From an uncultured Desulfobacterales bacterium (GTDB taxonomy: Bacteria > Myxococcota_A > UBA9160 > JAFDET01), in the NCBI GenBank assembly GCA_964194905.1, contig CAXMOD010000073.1, forward strand, positions 1 to 47,968: a stretch of 47,968 nucleotides of DNA. Direction: 5' to 3'. The position numbers and the translations under genes were made by a program. Shown here piece by piece: positions 43,018 through 47,968 of this stretch. Each line of letters begins with the position of its first letter. Position 1 is the stretch's first letter. The notes beneath the pieces were generated by a model, which saw only the letters and a list, made by a program, of their open reading frames with translations, was not told the origin of the DNA and did not search any database.

Positions 43018-44112
43018 TCAGAGCTCCAGCAGCTCGGCGATGCGCGCGCGCTGCTCGGCGGCGCCGCCGAGCAGCAGGTCGCAGGTCTTGGCGCGCTTCA
43101 CCAACAGATGGACGTCGCTCTCCCAGGTGAAGCCCACGCCGCCGTGGATCTGGATCGCCTCCTTGCACACCAGACGCTGGGCGTCGCCGGCGGCGGCCTT
43201 GGCCATGGCGGCGGCCAGCGCTCGACGCGGGTCGTCTTCGGCGATCACCATCATCGCGAAGTAGGCGGTGGCCCGGGCCTTCTCCACGGCCAGGAACATG
43301 TCGGCGCACTTGTGCTGCACGGCCTGGAAGGAACCGATGGGCCGGTCGAACTGGATGCGGCTCTTCGCGTGCGCCAGCGTGATCTCGAGCAGCCGCTGGC
43401 AGGTGCCCACGCTCTCGAGCGCCAGCGCCACGCGCGCCGTGTCGAGCGCGCGCTCGAGCGCCGCAGCGCACTCCCCGGGCGTACCGAGCACACGCTCCGC
43501 ATCGACACGCACGCCGTCCAGGCGCAGGTGTGCCAGCGGACGCGAAGCGTCGAGACTCACCACCGGCTCCGACTTCAGACCCTGGCGCGGCACCAGGAAG
43601 AGGCCGACGCCATCGCCCCGCTCGATGCGCGCCGCAACGATGATCTCGTCCGCCGAAGCGCCGTCGAGCACGAAGCGCCACCCGCCGTCCAGCATCCAGG
43701 CCGCCCCCTCGGGCCGAGCGCGACAACCCGGCTCTCCGCCGGCCGCAAGGGTGCCGGTCAGCGAGCCGGCGGCCACACCCGAGAGCACATGCGCGCGCTG
43801 GCCCGCCTCTCCGCACTCCTCGACCAGCGGCGCGAACCAGGTGGTCGTGGCCAGGAAAGGGCCCGGGGCAAGGGCCCGGCCGTGCTGCTCCACCACCAGG
43901 CCCAGCTCCTCGAAGGAAAGGCCCAGCCCGCCCAGCTCTTCGGCAATTGCGATGCCGGTCCAGCCCAGCTCCAGCGCGCTGCGCCAGGGCTGCGCCGCCG
44001 GGCGCCCCGTCTCCACCACGTCCCGGGCCACGGAGAGCGGGCATTCGGCCTCCAACACCTCGCGCACGGCGTCGCGCAGGCTGCGCTGGTCCTCGCTGAT
44101 CTCGAAGTCCAT
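43018..44112 (-). CDS. Acyl-CoA dehydrogenase family protein (second subunit-like partner)
   Basis: ACAD-like fold pattern with QFDRPIGSFQAVQHKCADM and IQIHGGVGFTWE. It ends 7 nt upstream of the next ACAD gene. Confidence 0.8.
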   Translation of the reverse strand: MDFEISEDQRSLRDAVREVLEAECPLSVARDVVETGRPAAQPWRSALELGWTGIAIAEELGGLGLSFEELGLVVEQHGRALAPGPFLATTTWFAPLVEECGEAGQRAHVLSGVAAGSLTGTLAAGGEPGCRARPEGAAWMLDGGWRFVLDGASADEIIVAARIERGDGVGLFLVPRQGLKSEPVVSLDASRPLAHLRLDGVRVDAERVLGTPGECAAALERALDTARVALALESVGTCQRLLEITLAHAKSRIQFDRPIGSFQAVQHKCADMFLAVEKARATAYFAMMVIAEDDPRRALAAAMAKAAAGDAQRLVCKEAIQIHGGVGFTWESDVHLLVKRAKTCDLLLGGAAEQRARIAELLEL

Positions 44113-44130
44113 CGGCCGTGTGGTAGCATA

Positions 44131-44147
44131 TCTGACACACCGTCAGA
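44131..44147. promoter_or_regulatory. Candidate operator palindrome TCTGAC-N5-GTCAGA in a 50-bp divergent intergenic region
   Basis: A perfect 6-bp inverted repeat immediately downstream of a TAGCAT hexamer (44124-44129) and 16 nt upstream of ATG 44163. Confidence 0.3.
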
Positions 44148-44162
44148 AACCGGAGTCCCCCC

Positions 44163-45248
44163 ATGGCCCTGACCCCTGATCAGCGGATCGTCTCCGCCGA
44201 CGACCACATGGACGTCCACGTTCTGCCCCCCGACCTCTGGCAGCAGCGTCTCCCCGAGAGCCTGCGCCAGCGGGGGCCGCGCGTGGAGGAGACCGACGAC
44301 GGGCCGTTCTGGATCGTGGACGGCGCGCGCGTCTCGCCCAGCGGCCGCAAGCAGGCCGGCTACATCCGCGCCGACGCCCACGGCTTCCGCCCGGGGCAGC
44401 CGGAGTCGCGCCTCGAGGACATGGACCGCGACGGCGTCCAGACCCACGTCATCTACAGCCCCTTCACCACCCAGCTCCGCATCGAGGAGCCGGAGCTGCG
44501 GGCGGCGAGCCAGCGCGCCTACAACGATTGGGCCGCCGAGTTCAACGCGGCGGACCCCAACCGTCTCGTGTGCCTGGCTGACATCCCCAGCCACGATCCC
44601 GAGGCGGCTCGCGACGAGATCCTGCGCGCGGCCGGGATGGGCCACCGCGGCGCGATCATCCATCAGTTCCACGGCCCCGAGCCGGTCTTCGAAGACAGCT
44701 GGCACCCGTTCTGGGATGCGGTGCAGGAAACGGCGCTGCCGATCTCGATTCACCTCGGCCCCGGCATGCACAGCATCAAGCCCCAGCTCGGCTCCTGGCG
44801 CATGCCGGCCTTCGTGGCGGTGGTGCCGATGCAGCTCGACGAAGTGCTCTCGGGCATGGTGTTCTCCGGCATCCTGGAGAAGCGACCCAACGTGCGCCTC
44901 GTGCTCGGTGAGGCCGGGCTCGGCTGGATCCCCTATGTGGTGGAACGCCTCGAGCACGAGCTCGACAAGTACTGGGACAACATCAAGGACCACCGCCTCG
45001 AGATGCGCCCCGCCGAGATCTTCGCGCGGCAGATCCACGTCACCTACGAGGACGAGAAGCTCGGCGTGGAGCTGATCCCGCGCATCGGTGTCGGCAACGT
45101 GATGTGGGCGTCCGACTACCCGCACGGCGACAGCACCTGGCCCGAGTCGCGCAAGGCGATCGACGAGTCGCCGATCGCCACCCTCGGCAAAGACGCCATG
45201 CAACGCATCATCGCCGACAACTGCGCGGCGCTCTACGGGATCGAGTAG
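44163..45248 (+). CDS. Amidohydrolase_2 family protein (ACMSD/decarboxylase-hydrolase-like TIM barrel)
   Basis: N-terminal SADDHMDVH metal motif and C-terminal VMWASDYPHGDSTWP. Confidence 0.8.
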   Translation: MALTPDQRIVSADDHMDVHVLPPDLWQQRLPESLRQRGPRVEETDDGPFWIVDGARVSPSGRKQAGYIRADAHGFRPGQPESRLEDMDRDGVQTHVIYSPFTTQLRIEEPELRAASQRAYNDWAAEFNAADPNRLVCLADIPSHDPEAARDEILRAAGMGHRGAIIHQFHGPEPVFEDSWHPFWDAVQETALPISIHLGPGMHSIKPQLGSWRMPAFVAVVPMQLDEVLSGMVFSGILEKRPNVRLVLGEAGLGWIPYVVERLEHELDKYWDNIKDHRLEMRPAEIFARQIHVTYEDEKLGVELIPRIGVGNVMWASDYPHGDSTWPESRKAIDESPIATLGKDAMQRIIADNCAALYGIE

Positions 45249-45260
45249 CCCACTCGACGC

Positions 45261-47651
45261 CTAGCTCAGCTCGATCCTCGCGCGGGCGCGAACGTCCGCC
45301 GAGGAGTGGCCGGCCTGCAGCTCGAAGGCGCCGGGCTCGACGGCCCAATCGTGGCTGGCCGGGTCCCAGAAGGCGAAGGCGCGCCGATCGAGGGTGAAGC
45401 GCGCGGTCTGCGTGGCGCCCGGCTCGAGGGCGAGCTTGGCGAAGGCACGCAGCTCCTTCTCTGGGCGCTGCACGGTAGCCTCCTCGTCGTGGACGTAGAG
45501 CTGCACGACTTCCTGCCCGGCGCGATCTCCCGTGTTGGTCACGTCGACCGAGACGTCCACGCTGCCGTCGGGCTGCAGCTCGGCGCGCAGCTCGCCGTAG
45601 TCGAAGCTGGTGTACGAGAGCCCGTGGCCGAACGGGAAGCGCGGCGCGATGCCCTTCTTGTCGTAGTAGCGGTAGCCCATGAAGAGGCCCTCGCCGTACA
45701 CCACGCGGCCGCGCTCGCCCGGGTAGTTTACGTGGGTCGGGTTGTCTTCGAGCCGCGCGGGCCAGGTCTGGGGCAGGCGCCCCGACGGGCAGGCATCGCC
45801 GAAGAGCACGTCGGCCAGCGCGCCCCCGGCTTCCTGGCCGCCATACCACAGCGTCAGGAGGCCGGGCAGCGTGTCGAGCAGCGGATCGGCGATGGGCGCG
45901 CCCGCGTTCAGCACGACGACTGTGCGCGAGTTGGCGGCTGCGACGCGACGCGCCAGCTCGAGCTGACGCCCCGGAAGCGAGAGGTCTGCGCGGTCGCTTC
46001 CCTCGGTCTCCCAGTCGCTGTTGAGGCCGATCACGACGACGGCCGCGTCTGCGTCCCGCGCGGCGCTCTCGGCGCGCTCCATGGCGTCGGGCGCGATCGG
46101 CTCGAGGCAGCCCACCAGGAGGCCGCCCAGAACGGGGGCTCCCTCCTTGCTGTACTCGAGGGTGATTTCGAAGGGACCGTCGAGCTCGATCTCCGCGGTC
46201 TTCTCCGCGCTGCCGGCGCCGTAGAAGGAGCTCCCCTTCTCCTGCTGCGTCCAGTTGTCGATCACCTCGCGGCCGTCGATGAAGAGCCGGCTCTTGCCGG
46301 CGCTCGAGACGCCGAAGGTCCACACGCCCGGCCGCTCCGGCTCTACGCGCCCCTGGATGCGCACGCTGAACGACGCGGGATCGACCGCGTCGGTGAAGTG
46401 GCCGAGCCACGTGAAGTCGATCCGCCGCGCGGGAATGCTCAGCACGGGCTCGCCGGCGAATTCGAAGCCCGCGAAGAAGTCCATCCGGAAGTCGCCGCGC
46501 AGGACGGGCAGCACCTTGTGGTTGGTGCAGCCGGGCTCGTAGCTGATCTCGAGGCCCTGGCGCGCGCGCAGACCCTCGAGAGGCGAAACGCCGTAATGGG
46601 GCGCCACCTTCGAGCTGCCGCCGCCGATCACCACGGGCTGCGCCGCGTTGGGGCCCAGAACCGCGAGCTTCTGGACGCCGCTGAAGGGCAGCACTCCTTC
46701 GTTGCGCAGGACCACGATCGACTCGGTAGCCGCCTGCCGCGCCACGGCACGGTGCTCCGGGCGATCGACCGCTTCCTCGGCGTCGGAGACGGCGCCCTGC
46801 AGGATGCCGGCGCGTTCGCGCACCTCGAGCATCCGGCGTACGCAGGCGTCGAGATCCTTCTCGTCGAGGCGGCCGGCCTTCACCGCCTCCAGCAGCTTGG
46901 CGCCGCGCCAGCGTCCCGGCCCGGGCATCTCCAGGTCGTTGCCCGCGCGCACGGAGTCCTCGGTGCTCTGGGTGCCGAACCAATCGGAGACGACGAAGCC
47001 TCGAAAGCCCCACTCGCCGCGCAGCACGTCGGCCAGCAGCGGATGGTCGCACGCGTAGGTGCCGTTGATGCGGTTGTACGCGGTCATCGCGCACCACGGG
47101 TCGGCCTCCTGCACGACCGCTTCGAAGGGATGCAGGTAGAGCTCGCGCAGTGGGCGCTCGTCCACCTCGGAGCTGATGCTGTGACGCTCGAACTCGGAGT
47201 CGTTGCACACGAAGTGCTTCACGCAGGCACCCACGCCTCGGCTCTGCACGCCGCGCACGAAGGCCACGCCCATGCGCGCCGAGAGGTGCGGGTCCTCCGC
47301 GTAGCATTCGAAATTTCGACCGGCCAGCGGCGTGCGGTGCAGGTTCACCGTGGGCCCCAGCACGACGTGCACGTTCTTGGTGATCGCCTCGTCGCCGATC
47401 GCGACGCCCACTGCTCGAACGAGGTCCGGATTCCAGGTGGCGCCGAGTGCCGTTCCGCAGGGGAAGCACGCTGCCGCCACGGAGCCGGAGAGGTCGCCGC
47501 CGCGCACGCCGTGGGGCCCGTCGCTCACCTTCAGCGGAGGAACATCCAGGCGTTCGACACCGGCCGCGTGCCACAGATCCGACCCCGCCAGCAGGGTCGC
47601 CTTCTCTTCCAGCGTGAGCTGCGCCAGCAGCCCATCGATCGCTTCAGACAT
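45261..47651 (-). CDS. Glycoside hydrolase family 3 beta-glucosidase with an inserted PA14 domain
   Basis: KHFVCNDSE, the nucleophile region GFVVSDW, a PA14-like insert (FRMDFFAGFEF...SFSVRIQGRV...FIDGREVIDNW), and a C-terminal Fn3-like domain (YGLSYTSF...VVQLYV). ATG at 47651. Confidence 0.9.
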   Translation of the reverse strand: MSEAIDGLLAQLTLEEKATLLAGSDLWHAAGVERLDVPPLKVSDGPHGVRGGDLSGSVAAACFPCGTALGATWNPDLVRAVGVAIGDEAITKNVHVVLGPTVNLHRTPLAGRNFECYAEDPHLSARMGVAFVRGVQSRGVGACVKHFVCNDSEFERHSISSEVDERPLRELYLHPFEAVVQEADPWCAMTAYNRINGTYACDHPLLADVLRGEWGFRGFVVSDWFGTQSTEDSVRAGNDLEMPGPGRWRGAKLLEAVKAGRLDEKDLDACVRRMLEVRERAGILQGAVSDAEEAVDRPEHRAVARQAATESIVVLRNEGVLPFSGVQKLAVLGPNAAQPVVIGGGSSKVAPHYGVSPLEGLRARQGLEISYEPGCTNHKVLPVLRGDFRMDFFAGFEFAGEPVLSIPARRIDFTWLGHFTDAVDPASFSVRIQGRVEPERPGVWTFGVSSAGKSRLFIDGREVIDNWTQQEKGSSFYGAGSAEKTAEIELDGPFEITLEYSKEGAPVLGGLLVGCLEPIAPDAMERAESAARDADAAVVVIGLNSDWETEGSDRADLSLPGRQLELARRVAAANSRTVVVLNAGAPIADPLLDTLPGLLTLWYGGQEAGGALADVLFGDACPSGRLPQTWPARLEDNPTHVNYPGERGRVVYGEGLFMGYRYYDKKGIAPRFPFGHGLSYTSFDYGELRAELQPDGSVDVSVDVTNTGDRAGQEVVQLYVHDEEATVQRPEKELRAFAKLALEPGATQTARFTLDRRAFAFWDPASHDWAVEPGAFELQAGHSSADVRARARIELS

Positions 47652-47668
47652 GGACGCAGTGTACCCCG

Positions 47669-47968
47669 CTACCAACGCCGCACTTCGGGAAGGACCTCGG
47701 CGGCGAAGAGGCGCAGGCTGGCCTCCGCTTCCTCCAGCGACATTCCACCGTAGTACGAGATCACGTTCAGCTCGAACTCCCCGATCAGGTCGAAGCGCCC
47801 CCGCAGCTTCTCCAGCTGCTGCGCGGGATCGCCCCAGCAATTGACGGAGCAGTAGGTGCGCGCCGCCGTCTCGAGCCCCACCGCCTTGAAGGCCTCCGAG
47901 GCGTTCGCGTACGCGTCGTACCCCTTCGTGTCCTTGAAGTGGTCGCTCATGATCTCGTAATGCTTCAC
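47669..47968 (-). CDS. LLM-class (luciferase-like) oxidoreductase, C-terminal fragment; the start lies outside the window
   Basis: The tail ...CWGDPAQQLEKLRGRFDLIGEFELNVISYYGGMSLEEAEASLRLFAAEVLPEV resembles LLM C-termini. The frame is open to the window edge. Confidence 0.6.
   Translation of the reverse strand: MKHYEIMSDHFKDTKGYDAYANASEAFKAVGLETAARTYCSVNCWGDPAQQLEKLRGRFDLIGEFELNVISYYGGMSLEEAEASLRLFAAEVLPEVRRW

Noticed and set aside
45306-47753. 815-aa plus-strand ORF antisense to the GH3 beta-glucosidase
   Set aside because: Rejected for the same reason. GH3 motifs and the PA14 insert are on the minus strand, and the plus-strand translation has no recognisable domain.
1-47968. Search for CRISPR arrays, IS elements or transposases, integrases, phage genes, toxin-antitoxin pairs, classical defence genes, tRNA and rRNA
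   Set aside because: I saw no regularly spaced direct repeats, no terminal inverted repeats flanking a transposase-like ORF and no recognisable defence ATPase or nuclease. All intergenic gaps are under 400 bp and lack tRNA-like cloverleaf sequence. This was visual inspection only; tRNAscan, Infernal and PADLOC/DefenseFinder runs would be decisive.

Overview
This is a very GC-rich bacterial chromosomal segment. Third codon positions are almost all G/C, so every real gene is shadowed by long spurious antisense or out-of-frame ORFs. I did not compute an exact GC value. I call 46 protein-coding genes, two of them cut by the window edges. They are tightly packed on both strands, and many are joined by 1-7 nt start/stop overlaps that often use GTG or TTG starts. 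I recognised no rRNA, tRNA, CRISPR array, transposase or integrase.

Content:
- Replication: dnaA (25654-27021), behind a 379-bp AT-enriched upstream region.
- Riboswitch: a textbook TPP riboswitch in front of thiC.
- Cofactor genes: cofG/cofH FO synthase, moaA, folB, cbiX, aroC.
- Sulfur assimilation: a CysI-type sulfite reductase and a cystathionine gamma-synthase family enzyme.
- Envelope genes suggesting a diderm: M23 peptidase, mtgA, LpxL-family acyltransferase, a lipoprotein.
- Transporters: ClC, CaCA, GPH/MFS.
- DNA repair: mutY.
- A roughly 10-kb island of CoA-thioester enzymes (35.0-45.2 kb), followed by a GH3 beta-glucosidase.

Most interesting observations:
1. A small SprT-like zinc protease ends in ...QLDLFG, a perfect beta-clamp-binding motif on a Pro/Ala-rich tether. 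It sits beside a Lon-N-domain-only gene and dnaA. This could be a bacterial counterpart of the PCNA-tethered DNA-protein-crosslink protease SPRTN.
2. A CysI-type sulfite reductase with no cysJ is translationally coupled (GTGA, ATGA overlaps) to the deazaflavin FO synthase genes cofG-cofH. A second sulfur/LLM-oxidoreductase operon (fdx-LLM-CGS-cbiX) lies in the same window.
3. Within the CoA island, a family III CoA-transferase and a crotonase both appear to have rearranged (permuted) domain order.
4. There is a candidate oriC/dnaA control region with repeated AGAATC(C) and GAAAAAC motifs.

All functional calls rest on motif and family recognition by eye. No searches were run.
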